The notes under the pieces are model-generated. The model was not told the DNA's origin. It made no database searches and was given only the letters and a program-made list of their open reading frames with translations. 64,000 bases of DNA from Candidatus Omnitrophota bacterium. GTDB lineage: Bacteria > Ratteibacteria > UBA8468 > B48-G9 > DTJG01. The stretch covers positions 47,086 to 111,085 of the forward strand of contig JAMWCD010000008.1 of NCBI GenBank assembly GCA_023818965.1. Direction: 5' to 3'. How positions within the stretch are numbered: position 1 is the first letter of the stretch; each line of letters opens with the position of its first letter. Below, one piece after another: positions 38,136-47,734 of the stretch. The translations under genes were made by a program, and so were the position numbers.

Positions 38136-38273
38136 AAAGAATACATCGAATTAAGTTGTGAGTGATTTAGCACGTGATCTGTTTACTCTGTAATCGGTGT
38201 AAACATAGTATACTGATTTGACTTTTTTGTGTTTGTTTGCTGTATAATAATTCTGATTTCAACCGGAGGGAAT

Positions 38274-39782
38274 ATGAAAGATAAAACAGGTGTTTTTGTT
38301 GCTATTGATCTTGGAGCAGAAAGCGGTCGTGCAATATCGGGATGGCTTGATGATGGTATATTGAAGATCAAAGAAGTCCGTAGATTTACAACGCACAGGG
38401 TTCAGATTGGTCAGCATTTATTCTGGGATGCACCTGCAATTTTCAATGAAATAAAGCATTCATTAAGATTGCTCGCGGGCGAGAAAATCGCAGGTATAGG
38501 TGTAACAACATGGGGAGTTGACCATGCGTTTATTGATAAATCAGGACTTTTAATTTCTCTTCCATTTCATTACAGAGACAGGAGAACAGAAAACATAATG
38601 GAAGATGTTTTCAAAATTGTGAGCCGTGAGGAGATTTTTAATAAAACAGGAATACAGTTCATGCCATTAAACTCCCTTTTTCAGTTGTATGCCACGGCAA
38701 AACAATATCCCTGGATTCTTTCGTGTGCAAACAAAATGCTTTTTATGCCTGATCTTTTTAATTTCTGGTTGTCCGGTACAGTTGCCAGTGAATTTACAAT
38801 TGCGTCAACTTCGCAGATGTTGAATCCTCTGAAGACAAAATATAAACCACGCGGCGACTGGGCAAAGGATATTTTGCGAAAATTGCGAATTCCCACGCAC
38901 TTTCTTGCTGATATTGTGCCACCAGGTAAAAAGTTGGGGGTACTGGCAAAGTACATTCAGGAAGAAACAGGGTGCGGGAAAATTCCTGTTTACTCTGTTT
39001 GCTGTCACGATACTGCTTCTGCTGTATTTGCAGTCCCTGCCACAGGTGAAAACTATGCATATATTTCATCAGGTACATGGTCTTTGCTCGGAAAGGAAGT
39101 TGATCAGCCAATTATCAACAGTCAATCCCTTCAATACAATTTTACAAATGAAGGTGGGTATGGTGGAAAGATAAGATTTTTGAAAAATATTATGGGTTTA
39201 TGGATATGGCAGGAATGCAGGAGGGAATGGGAAACAAAATATGGTAGACAATATTCTTATGTTGAACTTGGCAGCCTTGCGGAAAAAGAAAAACCATTTA
39301 CTTCGTTGATTGATGTCAATAGTTCCATGTTTTTATTTCCAGGCAATATGGTTGAGAAAATCCAGAAGTTTTGCAGGACAACCAATCAGAAAGTTCCTTC
39401 AAGCATTGGAGAAATATCCCGGACAATTCTTGAAAGCCTTGCTCTTGAATATAAACTTCATATTGAACGGCTTGAATCCATTGCAGGTAAACTTGATGTC
39501 ATTCACATTGTTGGTGGTGGCTCTCAAAATAAGGTTCTTTCTAACTTTGCAGCGTCAGCAACAGGGAAAAAGGTTCTTTGCGGTCCTGTGGAAGCAACAT
39601 CAATTGGAAATATTGGTGTTCAGATGATTGCGGCAAAAGTTATAAAAAATCAAAGTGAATTCAGAAAACTCGTTGCTCAATCATTTCCTGTCACCATGTA
39701 TGAAGGTGAAAATCTCGATGCATGGGACGGGCCCTACAGAAAATATCTTGAATTGAAAAAAATATCAGACCAGCAAATTTAA
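38274..39782 (+). CDS. rhaB: rhamnulokinase (FGGY carbohydrate kinase)
   Basis: Block-by-block similarity to E. coli RhaB: 'TWGVDHAF', 'YRDRRT', 'GIQFMPLNSLFQL', 'FMPDLFNFWLSG', 'CHDTASAV', 'YISSGTWSLLG', 'FTNEGGYGGKIRFLKNIMGLWIWQ', 'HIVGGGSQN...GPVEATSIGNIGVQMI'. The SD 'ggaggg' supports ATG 38274. Confidence 0.8.
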   Translation: MKDKTGVFVAIDLGAESGRAISGWLDDGILKIKEVRRFTTHRVQIGQHLFWDAPAIFNEIKHSLRLLAGEKIAGIGVTTWGVDHAFIDKSGLLISLPFHYRDRRTENIMEDVFKIVSREEIFNKTGIQFMPLNSLFQLYATAKQYPWILSCANKMLFMPDLFNFWLSGTVASEFTIASTSQMLNPLKTKYKPRGDWAKDILRKLRIPTHFLADIVPPGKKLGVLAKYIQEETGCGKIPVYSVCCHDTASAVFAVPATGENYAYISSGTWSLLGKEVDQPIINSQSLQYNFTNEGGYGGKIRFLKNIMGLWIWQECRREWETKYGRQYSYVELGSLAEKEKPFTSLIDVNSSMFLFPGNMVEKIQKFCRTTNQKVPSSIGEISRTILESLALEYKLHIERLESIAGKLDVIHIVGGGSQNKVLSNFAASATGKKVLCGPVEATSIGNIGVQMIAAKVIKNQSEFRKLVAQSFPVTMYEGENLDAWDGPYRKYLELKKISDQQI

Positions 39783-40333
39783 CATTTTCTGATAATCTGG
39801 CTCTGAGTTACAATGATATCAACTGGAACATCATGCTCAGATGTTGGGACATTTTCAATAATTTGAATATCAAATGCAAGTCCCACTTTTATGGCATTTT
39901 TACACTGTGAAAGAAATCTATCATAAAATCCCTTTCCCCTGCCAAGCCGATTACAATTTCTATCAAATGCAATACCTGGTACTATAATCAGTTCAATTTC
40001 TTCTATTTTAATAACTGTATCGCTCAGTGGTTGCGGAATTTTTTGGGAAAAATCAATGTCATCCTCATTAAAAATTTGAACAGGCACCATTGATAAGTTT
40101 TTCCATTCAATTTTTGGAATACAAACTGATTTTGCTTTACTGAGAGCATCTTTGATAATGGATATTGTTTCAGGTTCCCTGTCAAATGATACATAACTCA
40201 TCAGTGTCCAGCAATTTTTATATTCTGACAGTGCCAGAAAATTTTCAAAAATTTTCTTGTTCATTTCGATAAATTCTGATTCAGTGATTGATTCAATTTT
40301 TTTCAGGATGTTTTTTCTTATTTCATTTTTCAT
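39779..40333 (-). CDS. 5-formyltetrahydrofolate cyclo-ligase
   Basis: 'IIVPGIAFDRNCNRLGRGKGFYDRFL'. Confidence 0.8.
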   Translation of the reverse strand: MKNEIRKNILKKIESITESEFIEMNKKIFENFLALSEYKNCWTLMSYVSFDREPETISIIKDALSKAKSVCIPKIEWKNLSMVPVQIFNEDDIDFSQKIPQPLSDTVIKIEEIELIIVPGIAFDRNCNRLGRGKGFYDRFLSQCKNAIKVGLAFDIQIIENVPTSEHDVPVDIIVTQSQIIRKC

Positions 40334-41654
40334 TGGTACTTCCTCGATTTTTTTTCAGTGTTTCTATTCTCTGGAGAAAAATTTTGATTCTTCTTTCATA
40401 TCCAGAATCAGTTGGTTTATAAAATGAAATTTTCTTTTCCATGTATTTTTGTGGAACAAATTTTTCAGGAAAATCATGGGGATAAAGATAACCTTTTCCA
40501 TGGCTAAGTTTTTCTGCACCTGAATATCCAGTACTTTTGAGATGTTCAGGGACTTCCTGTGTTGGATGTTTTTCTATTTCCTGCATGGCTGACTCAATTG
40601 CAAGATAGCATGCATTACTTTTTGGCGCAGTGGCGAGATAAATTGTTGCCTGTGCAAGACAGATTTTTGCTTCTGGCATACCAATGTGTTCCACTGCATC
40701 AAGTGCTGATGTAGCAACAACAATTGCCATTGGGTCTGCATTTCCAATATCTTCTGATGCCGCAATCACCAATCTTCTTGCTATGAATGCTGGGTCTTCA
40801 CCCGAGGCAAGCATTTTGGCAAGCCAGTATACCGAGGCATCAGGGTCTGAGCCCCTGATACTTTTGATAAAGGCAGAAATCGTATCATAATGCTGGTCTT
40901 CTCTGTCATATGCAATATACTTTTTTGTTATGATCTGGTTGATACAATCATTGTCAATTTCCACCCTGTTTTCCTTTTTACCAATGATACTAGCAAGTTC
41001 AAGAATATTAAGTGCTTTTCTTGCATCTCCATCTGAAAATCTCGCAATAGTTTCCAGTGCTTCATCTGTAATTGAAATGTTTAAATTTCCAAGTCCTTTT
41101 TCTTTATCAACAATGGCTCTTTGCAGAATTTTTTTTATATCCTGGGTCTTCAATGGTTTGAACTCAAAAACATTTGAGCGTGAAACAAGAGCCCTGTTTA
41201 TAGAGAAAAAAGGATTATGGGTTGTTGCTCCAATCAGGATGATTGTTCCATTTTCAACTTCGGGCATCAGAGCATCCTGCTGGAGTTTGTTGAAGTGCGA
41301 GATTTCATCAATAAAAAGAATTGTTTTTTTCCCTGTTTGTTTTTTTCTCCAGCGGGCATCTTCAATGATTTTTCTGACATCAGCAACTGTGGCTGTTATT
41401 GCATTCAAACTGACAAAGTGTTTTTTTGTCATTCCAGCAATTAGAAAGGCAAGTGCTGTTTTTCCGCAACCAGGTGGACCATAAAAAATTGCACTTGTAA
41501 TGCCATCACTTTCAATAAGTTTTCTCAGTGCTTTATCTTTTGACAGAATATGTTCCTGCCCAACAAAATCATCAAACCTTACAGGTCTCATTCTGAAAGA
41601 CAGTGGTTCTGAAGTGTCCTGATTTTCTCGTTCTTCGAAGAGTTTTTCGTCCAT
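40323..41654 (-). CDS. rarA: replication-associated recombination protein A (AAA+ ATPase)
   Basis: 'FYGPPGCGKTALA', 'ILFIDEISHFNKLQQDALMPEVENGTIILIGATTHNPFFSINRALVSRSNVF', 'IRGSDPDASVYWLAKML'. Confidence 0.9.
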   Translation of the reverse strand: MDEKLFEERENQDTSEPLSFRMRPVRFDDFVGQEHILSKDKALRKLIESDGITSAIFYGPPGCGKTALAFLIAGMTKKHFVSLNAITATVADVRKIIEDARWRKKQTGKKTILFIDEISHFNKLQQDALMPEVENGTIILIGATTHNPFFSINRALVSRSNVFEFKPLKTQDIKKILQRAIVDKEKGLGNLNISITDEALETIARFSDGDARKALNILELASIIGKKENRVEIDNDCINQIITKKYIAYDREDQHYDTISAFIKSIRGSDPDASVYWLAKMLASGEDPAFIARRLVIAASEDIGNADPMAIVVATSALDAVEHIGMPEAKICLAQATIYLATAPKSNACYLAIESAMQEIEKHPTQEVPEHLKSTGYSGAEKLSHGKGYLYPHDFPEKFVPQKYMEKKISFYKPTDSGYERRIKIFLQRIETLKKNRGSTNEK

Positions 41655-41751
41655 AGTAAAATTATATGCTATGCACTGATTATTTCAAAATCATTGCATC
41701 TTAAAATTTTTAAAAATTGACGCAATCGCTATGATGTGGTTAATTATTCCT

Positions 41752-42210
41752 ATGAAACAACAAATCAAAATTGAAAATAAAAAGGCATTTCACGATTATC
41801 ACATCCTTGAGACGATTGAGGCAGGTATTGAATTGAAAGGATCTGAAGTAAAATCAATCAGGCAGGGTAGTGTAAGTTTAAGGGATGCTTATGCAGCATT
41901 TGATGGTAACCAGTTGTACCTTTATAAGATGCATATTGCACAGTATCCGGGTTCATTTGAGAAAATTGACCCCATGAGGAAAAGAAGGCTTCTTCTTCAT
42001 AAACATCAACTTCTTAGATGGCAGAAAAGAGTTGAAGAAAAAGGATTGACAATAGTACCCCTTTCACTGTATACTAATAATAAGGGAATTATCAAGGTAA
42101 ACATAGCACTTGTTAAGGGTAAAAAGCTCTTTGATAAACGTCGAGACATAAAGGAAAAGGAGACCAGAAGACAAATTGAGAGACAAAAAAGAAATATGGG
42201 GGCGAAATAG
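41752..42210 (+). CDS. smpB: SsrA-binding protein
   Basis: 'IENKKAFHDYHILETIEAGIELKGSEVKSIR...LRDAYAAFDGNQLYL...IAQY...DPMRKRRLLLHKHQL'. The ATG at 41752 is preferred. Confidence 0.9.
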   Translation: MKQQIKIENKKAFHDYHILETIEAGIELKGSEVKSIRQGSVSLRDAYAAFDGNQLYLYKMHIAQYPGSFEKIDPMRKRRLLLHKHQLLRWQKRVEEKGLTIVPLSLYTNNKGIIKVNIALVKGKKLFDKRRDIKEKETRRQIERQKRNMGAK

Positions 42211-42545
42211 GTCTCGACAGGGGGCAGGAGTGAGAAAAGCTGCCGACCGAGTCGCCGGAGGCTCGTTAAAAACCGGCAAAAAGACAGCTGCCACAACAGC
42301 TAATTGTCTGGCTGCATAAATTTGCAGCCACCTGACAGAATGCCTGCCCTCGGCATTCTGACCCAGGTCGGATGAGGGCTCGTTTCAGTTTCCGTCGCCT
42401 CAGGAAACTGAAATTAAAAACAATGGGGCAGGTGCTCCAGTATCCTGTCTCGGGGAGACTGGAGACACTTGATAAAACCGGGACTATGTCGGTAGATGCT
42501 TTTCTACTTCCCCTCTGGACGCGGGGGCAGTACCCGCCGCCTCCA
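42198..42545 (+). ncRNA. ssrA: tmRNA (ssrA), one-piece; tag reading frame ends ...A-N-C-L-A-A-stop
   Basis: 5' 'GGGGGCGAAATAGGTCTCGACAGGGGG' is comparable to E. coli 'GGGGCUGAUUCUGGAUUCGACGGG'. 3' 'GGACGCGGG-GGCAGTA-CCCGC-CGCCTCC-A' is comparable to E. coli 'GGACGCGGG-UUCAACU-CCCGC-CAGCUCC-A'. The acceptor helix has a G3:U wobble. The internal ORF 'GCT AAT TGT CTG GCT GCA TAA' follows 'gttaaaaaccggcaaaaag'. It lies immediately downstream of smpB. Confidence 0.8.
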
Positions 42546-42699
42546 CTGTTGTAAGATATTGTTCTTTGGAAAATTTGATTTACTGGTGTACGTAGCGTCC
42601 AGAGAAGGGTTCGGGAAACTCGTTTCCCGATTAATGCATTTGGGGGATGACTTTGAGAAGGGGGAATCGCCCCCTTCTCAAGGAGCGATAGCGACGGAC

Positions 42700-42845
42700 G
42701 GGGGGGCACTTGTCGCCTCCACTGCCACCTCCTTTTTCTCCCCTCCTGAAAGGAGGGGATGCAAGGGGAGGTTGAAATCCCCCTCAGTCCCTCTTTGTGA
42801 AAGGAGGAAGGATAGAGGGAGAATATAAAAGTGGGAATGGAAAGA
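42700..42845. repeat. palindromic repeat array (F4 and F1 in reverse orientation)
   Basis: 'ctcccctcctgaaaggaggggatgcaaggggaggttgaaatccccctcagtccctctttgtgaaaggagg'. Confidence 0.7.
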
Positions 42846-42883
42846 ATTGAAAAAAGAAATTTATTTAGTCAACAGGAGATTCT

Positions 42884-44008
42884 GTGCGGTTTTTAAAACT
42901 ACTGTTTTTTTCTCTGTTGTTTCTGTCTTTTCTTAATGCCTCAGATTTTACCGACCGAATAAAAAATTATCCTAGCTACTGGATTGGGAAGCAGAAATAT
43001 GTGAGCTTGCAGACAGTTATTAAAGTTCTTGGAATTAGTAGCTGGGGAAGGATTGAGGACAGAATTTTTATTGAATATGAAGGAAAGATTTTGAAAGGCA
43101 GTATTGGCTCATCTGACTTTTTTGTAGATGAAAAAAAAGTTTCTCTGGAATACCCGATTAAGGAAATTGAAAAAGAAGTTTTTGTTCCTGTTGAGCCATT
43201 TGATAAGATTCTTTCAATGATTCCGCCTTCTCCTGTTAGTGCCCAAACTCAGAAGCCACCAGTTTCTTCTGATGCGAAAATTGATAACAAGAAAGTTTCA
43301 ATTGAGTCATCAAATCTTGATAGGGATTTTGTAATTCTTATTGATCCTGGACATGGTGGTAAAGACCATGGTGCTATTGGTAATTATGGACTTAAGGAAA
43401 AGGATGTAAATCTTGATATTTCACTGCGACTGAAAAACTATCTTGTAAATCAGTTAAAAAAAATTCCCAGAATTGTCATAAAGATGACAAGAGAAGATGA
43501 CAGGTTTTTATCTCTTGATGAAAGGGTTGAACTGGCAAAAAAGGAAAAGGCAGACCTTTTCTTCTGTGTCCATACAAACTCTTCAAGATTTAACAGGTGG
43601 AATGCAGATGGTTTTGAAACATATTATCCATCAAGGAAAAGTGAGCTTTCTTTCAATGCAAAACCAGAAACCGAGGATGTTGTTGAAACAGAAACAAGCA
43701 CAGAAGTAGTGTTTCAGATTGTATCAGAATTAAACACAACTTCAGTCATTGAAGAGAGTAAAATACTTGCTGAAATGGTTCAGGAGAAGCTTGCAGAAAG
43801 ATTAATATGTCCTGATAGGGGTGCAAAGCCAGCAAGTTTTTATGTTTTGAAATATACACCAATGATATCTGTACTTGTAGAGGTTGGTTTTATTTGTAAT
43901 CCTAATATTGAGGCAAATCTTCGTGATCCTGAAGTAAGGCAGGCAATCAGTGAAACACTTGGAAAAGCAATCATTCAGTATCTTAAAGCAAAGCAAATCA
44001 TTGGATAA
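42884..44008 (+). CDS. N-acetylmuramoyl-L-alanine amidase (Amidase_3 family)
   Basis: Signal peptide. 'ILIDPGHGGKDHGAIG...EKDVNLDISLRLKNYL...TREDDRFLSLDERVELAKKEKADLFFCVHTNSS'. Confidence 0.85.
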   Translation: MRFLKLLFFSLLFLSFLNASDFTDRIKNYPSYWIGKQKYVSLQTVIKVLGISSWGRIEDRIFIEYEGKILKGSIGSSDFFVDEKKVSLEYPIKEIEKEVFVPVEPFDKILSMIPPSPVSAQTQKPPVSSDAKIDNKKVSIESSNLDRDFVILIDPGHGGKDHGAIGNYGLKEKDVNLDISLRLKNYLVNQLKKIPRIVIKMTREDDRFLSLDERVELAKKEKADLFFCVHTNSSRFNRWNADGFETYYPSRKSELSFNAKPETEDVVETETSTEVVFQIVSELNTTSVIEESKILAEMVQEKLAERLICPDRGAKPASFYVLKYTPMISVLVEVGFICNPNIEANLRDPEVRQAISETLGKAIIQYLKAKQIIG

Positions 44009-44819
44009 AAAATCCCCGATAGGAATTTTTGATTCTGGAATAGGTGGATTGACTGTTGCGAAAAAATTGCATATGCTTCTACCAGGGGAAAAAATTATCT
44101 ATTTTGGGGATACTGCAAGGGTTCCATACGGTACAAAATCAAAGGAAACAATTGGTTTGTATGCAATTCAGATTACAGGTTTCCTTGCCAGGTTCAATCC
44201 AAAACTTATTATCATTGCCTGCCATTCTGTTTCATCGCTTGGAACTCATTTCCTTGAAAAAAAATTTAAAAATTTACATTTCATTGATGTGATTAATCCG
44301 TCAATTGAGGTTGCAGTAAGAACAACGAAAAATAAAAAAGTGGGTATTATTGGTACGCCTGCCACAATTTCAAGCAATAGATACCCGCAACTGATAAGAA
44401 AGATTGACCGGTCAATAAAAGTTTATCAACAGCCATGTCCGCTTCTTGTTCCTCTTGTTGAAGAGGGTTGGACTGATAACGATGTTACAAAAAAAATTAT
44501 TGAACATTATATTGAGCCATTGATAAGGGCAGGAATAGATACACTTATTCTTGGATGCACTCATTATCCACTGCTGAAAAGAGCAATAAGAAAAGTTACA
44601 GGTAATTCGGTTCAACTTATTGATGCGTCTGATGTAACAGGAATGAAAGTAAAAAACTTTCTTGCCCAATTTGCTTTACTTAATAATGGCGGTTTAAAAA
44701 AGCCGGTTTTATACTTTAGCGACCTTCCTGAAAACAGGAAGGATGTTATGAGACGATTCTGGAAAAGCAAAAATCTAATATTCAAGAAAGTAAATATTGA
44801 CCTGCTGTCGGTGTTCTGA
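44001..44819 (+). CDS. murI: glutamate racemase
   Basis: 'IGIFDSGIGGLTVAKKL...IYFGDTARVPYGTKS...IIACHSVSS...LILGCTHYPLL'. Start ambiguous: TTG 44001 gives an 8-nt overlap with the amidase, ATG 43950 a 59-nt overlap. Confidence 0.8.
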   Translation: MDKKSPIGIFDSGIGGLTVAKKLHMLLPGEKIIYFGDTARVPYGTKSKETIGLYAIQITGFLARFNPKLIIIACHSVSSLGTHFLEKKFKNLHFIDVINPSIEVAVRTTKNKKVGIIGTPATISSNRYPQLIRKIDRSIKVYQQPCPLLVPLVEEGWTDNDVTKKIIEHYIEPLIRAGIDTLILGCTHYPLLKRAIRKVTGNSVQLIDASDVTGMKVKNFLAQFALLNNGGLKKPVLYFSDLPENRKDVMRRFWKSKNLIFKKVNIDLLSVF

Positions 44820-44879
44820 TTTCTATATTATACACGTGGATGGGACATGTTCCACAAGGGTGTGGTACCTTATTCTGGT

Positions 44880-45240
44880 GAAACTATTTTATCCACATCT
44901 CCTTTCCCTAATTCCCATCAATTCCCCCCCAATCCCCCTTAGTCCCCCTTTGCCACTTCCCCTCTTTCCCCTCCTGAAAGGAGGGGATGCAAGGGGAGGT
45001 TAAACCTAAAGGAGGGTGGGGGTGGATTTAAATCCCCCTTAGTCCCCCTTTGGAAAAGGGGGAAGGTGGAAAGAGGATTTGAAAAAGGGGGACGAGAAGG
45101 GGGATTTTGGAAAAGGGGGAGAATGAAAAAGGGATTTATAAAAAGGGGGAATGGAAGGGGGATTTAGGAGGGCGGGGTGGATTTTTCCTGCCCAAGTTCC
45201 CCCTCTTTTCCAAAGACGGGGCCTGGGGGATTAATGGTGA
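44880..45240. repeat. palindromic repeat array (F4 reverse, F3 perfect palindrome, several F1 reverse)
   Basis: 'aaacctaaaggagggtgggggtggatttaaatcccccttagtccccctttggaaaagggggaagg'. Confidence 0.8.
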
Positions 45241-45317
45241 GGTTGAAATTATAGAAATTTTATGAAAAAATAACCAAAAGGAAAATTTTGGAAACCGATA
45301 TTAAGAGGAGAGAAAAA

Positions 45318-45683
45318 ATGTTTGAGCTAACAGTTATATCGCAATTTTCAGGTGCTCATAGATTGAGAAATTATAAAGGTAAGTGTGAGAAACTGCACGG
45401 ACATAACTGGAAGGTGGAAGTTGTTGTATCTGGAGAACCTGACAATTCAGGGATGGTTGTTGACTTTGGAATTTTGAAAAAGGCACTGGAAAATGTTCTT
45501 TCAAAACTTGACCACTCATACCTTAATGATATTGGTTATTTTAAGAAATTTAATCCAAGTTGCGAAAATACTGCTGTCTATATTTTTTCAAAAATGAAAA
45601 AGGAACTTGCCGAGTATAATGTGAAATTGAAAAAGGTTACTGTGTGGGAAAATGAGAGGCAGTCTGCATCGTATTTTGAATGA
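45318..45683 (+). CDS. queD: 6-carboxy-5,6,7,8-tetrahydropterin synthase (PTPS family)
   Basis: 'SGAHRLRNYKGKCEKLHGHNWKVEVVVSGEPDNSGMVVDFG...LDHSYLND'. SD 'agaggag' 8 nt upstream of ATG 45318. Confidence 0.85.
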   Translation: MFELTVISQFSGAHRLRNYKGKCEKLHGHNWKVEVVVSGEPDNSGMVVDFGILKKALENVLSKLDHSYLNDIGYFKKFNPSCENTAVYIFSKMKKELAEYNVKLKKVTVWENERQSASYFE

Positions 45684-45807
45684 ATGTTTTCATCTCGTTT
45701 TCTTCTTTAGTTGCGTGATGTATGGTAAAATATCTATAAGTGCATCCAGTCAAACTTCATCCGTGGCATAAAGATTTCATTAATTATTTCAAATAATGGA
45801 GGAAAAA

Positions 45808-46314
45808 ATGGAAAACAAATCAATAAGGGAGTTTGCAATTGAATTTGAGACAAAGGGCACAAATCTCTATCTTTCTCTCGCATCAAAAACAACCAGTATC
45901 CTTGGCAAGGAATTGTTTTACAATCTTGCACAGCAGGAAGTCCAGCACGCATGGTTGTTTGACAGGATGTACAGTTTAACAACACATGAGAATCTCCCTC
46001 TAAAAGACATTGGTGACATTGAATCAAATTTGAAAGAGTTCTGGGAAAACGCAGAAAAAACTGAATTAAAAAAGGAACCAGGTGATCTTTCAGGATATAT
46101 TCTCGCAATGGACATGGAAAAACAATCTATCTCTGCCTATCAGAATTTTTTAAATCAATCAAAGGAAGACAGAGAAAAGGACTTTTTAAAATGGATTATT
46201 GAAGAAGAAAAAAAGCATCTTGAGGCATTAAATAATGTCTATCATTTTCTCTCGGATACTGGTGACTGGTATCAGGCAGAGGAAAGTAAAAAATGGAACT
46301 GGATGAACCAGTGA
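45808..46314 (+). CDS. ferritin-like / rubrerythrin-family protein
   Basis: Short helical protein with repeated E-x-x-H-like ligand spacing ('QQEVQHAWLF', 'EEEKKHLEAL'). The first ATG 45796 is itself the SD, so 45808 is used. Confidence 0.5.
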   Translation: MENKSIREFAIEFETKGTNLYLSLASKTTSILGKELFYNLAQQEVQHAWLFDRMYSLTTHENLPLKDIGDIESNLKEFWENAEKTELKKEPGDLSGYILAMDMEKQSISAYQNFLNQSKEDREKDFLKWIIEEEKKHLEALNNVYHFLSDTGDWYQAEESKKWNWMNQ

Positions 46315-46322
46315 GGTAATAT

Positions 46323-47201
46323 ATGAAACCAGTATTTGATGTAGTATTGCCTGTTCAAAAAATTTATTCAGGGAAGGTCAGGGAATTGTTTGAAATTGAT
46401 TCTGAAAGAATTTTGATCGTGACCACTGACAGGATTTCTGCTTTTGACTTTGTTTTCCCGACACCGATTCCTGAAAAGGGTATCATTTTAAATAAACTTT
46501 CTCTTTTCTGGTTTGAAAAACTTAAAAATGTGTGCGAAAATCATCTTGATACAGTTGATTTTGAATCCTTCCCGAGAAATCTTCATCCATTTCGCAATGT
46601 CCTTGAAGGCAGAAGCGTAATCGCGAGAAAAACCAGAAAGATACCCATTGAATGTGTTGTGCGGGGATACCTTGCTGGAAGTGGATGGAAAGAATATATT
46701 TCTACTGGCTATATCTGTGGTGTGAAATTACCTTCTGGTTTAAAGGAGAGCGAAAAACTGCCACAGCCGATTTTTACTCCTGCAACAAAGGAAGAAAAGG
46801 GTATACACGACAGGAATATCAGTTTTGATGAAATGGTTGAAATTGTCGGGAAAAATATTGCTGAATATCTAAGGGATGCTTCAATTATGCTTTACAATCA
46901 GGCAAGCGAATTTGCAGAAAAAAAGGGAATTATCATTGCTGATACAAAATTTGAGTTTGGAATAATTGGTGGGAAAATCATTTTGATTGATGAAATTTTA
47001 ACACCTGACTCTTCAAGATTCTGGGAAAAAGAAAATTATCAGATAGGGCAACCACAGAACAGTCTTGATAAGCAATATGTAAGAGATTATCTTGAAAGGA
47101 TTGGATGGAACAAGCAACCACCTGTTCCAGAATTGCCTGATGATGTTGTTGAGAATACCAGGCAAAAATACTGGAAGATTTACGAAATTTTAACTGGATA
47201 G
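46323..47201 (+). CDS. purC: phosphoribosylaminoimidazole-succinocarboxamide synthase
   Basis: 'YSGKVRELFEIDSERILIVTTDRISAFD', 'IIADTKFEFG', 'DEILTPDSSRFW'. Confidence 0.9.
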   Translation: MKPVFDVVLPVQKIYSGKVRELFEIDSERILIVTTDRISAFDFVFPTPIPEKGIILNKLSLFWFEKLKNVCENHLDTVDFESFPRNLHPFRNVLEGRSVIARKTRKIPIECVVRGYLAGSGWKEYISTGYICGVKLPSGLKESEKLPQPIFTPATKEEKGIHDRNISFDEMVEIVGKNIAEYLRDASIMLYNQASEFAEKKGIIIADTKFEFGIIGGKIILIDEILTPDSSRFWEKENYQIGQPQNSLDKQYVRDYLERIGWNKQPPVPELPDDVVENTRQKYWKIYEILTG

Positions 47202-47250
47202 CTGGTTCTGATTATAGAAATACCTGAAATCCTTGTAAAATGCTATAAAA

Positions 47251-47733
47251 ATGGAAAACTTAGAAAAATCTTATATTATTGAAATCGGGCTGAAAGAAAA
47301 TTTGTTTGATGCTTTCGGAAACGAGATTTTAAACTCAATCAAAGAACTCGGGTTTGATAATTTTGAAAAGGTTTTTGTATACGATGTTTACAATGTATAC
47401 GGAGACGTATCCTTACAGCTTGTCAGACAAATTACAAAAAATATTCTCCTTGACCATGTTGCCCACAATGCGAAAATTTATAAATATAATAATAAGAAAG
47501 ATGAAAAAATGCCATGCGTTGAAGTGTGGTATAAAAAACAGGTTACTGACCCTGTTGCAATGACTGCTATTAAAGCAATAAAAGACCTTGGTATTAAAAA
47601 TGATGTGAAGATTAGATGCGGTAAAAAATATGTTTTTTCCGGCAATAATATCAAAAAGGATATGATCAGGCAAATCAGCGAGAAAATTCTCGCAAATACA
47701 TTAATACACGATTATATCATTAAGGGGATTTAA
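47251..47733 (+). CDS. purS: tandem-duplicated PurS-like protein (FGAM synthase PurS component, two fused domains)
   Basis: 160 aa is about twice the PurS length. Positioned between purC and purL. Both halves show the PurS-like pattern hydrophobic-x-[IV]-x-[VI]-x-[LV]-K. Confidence 0.55.
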   Translation: MENLEKSYIIEIGLKENLFDAFGNEILNSIKELGFDNFEKVFVYDVYNVYGDVSLQLVRQITKNILLDHVAHNAKIYKYNNKKDEKMPCVEVWYKKQVTDPVAMTAIKAIKDLGIKNDVKIRCGKKYVFSGNNIKKDMIRQISEKILANTLIHDYIIKGI

Positions 47734-47734
47734 T

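Noticed and set aside
42006-42828. ORFs 42006..42296(-), 42064..42294(-), 42266..42709(-), 42372..42554(+), 42496..42828(+)
   Set aside because: They overlap the tmRNA gene and the repeat array. The tmRNA structure and the smpB adjacency explain the region better.
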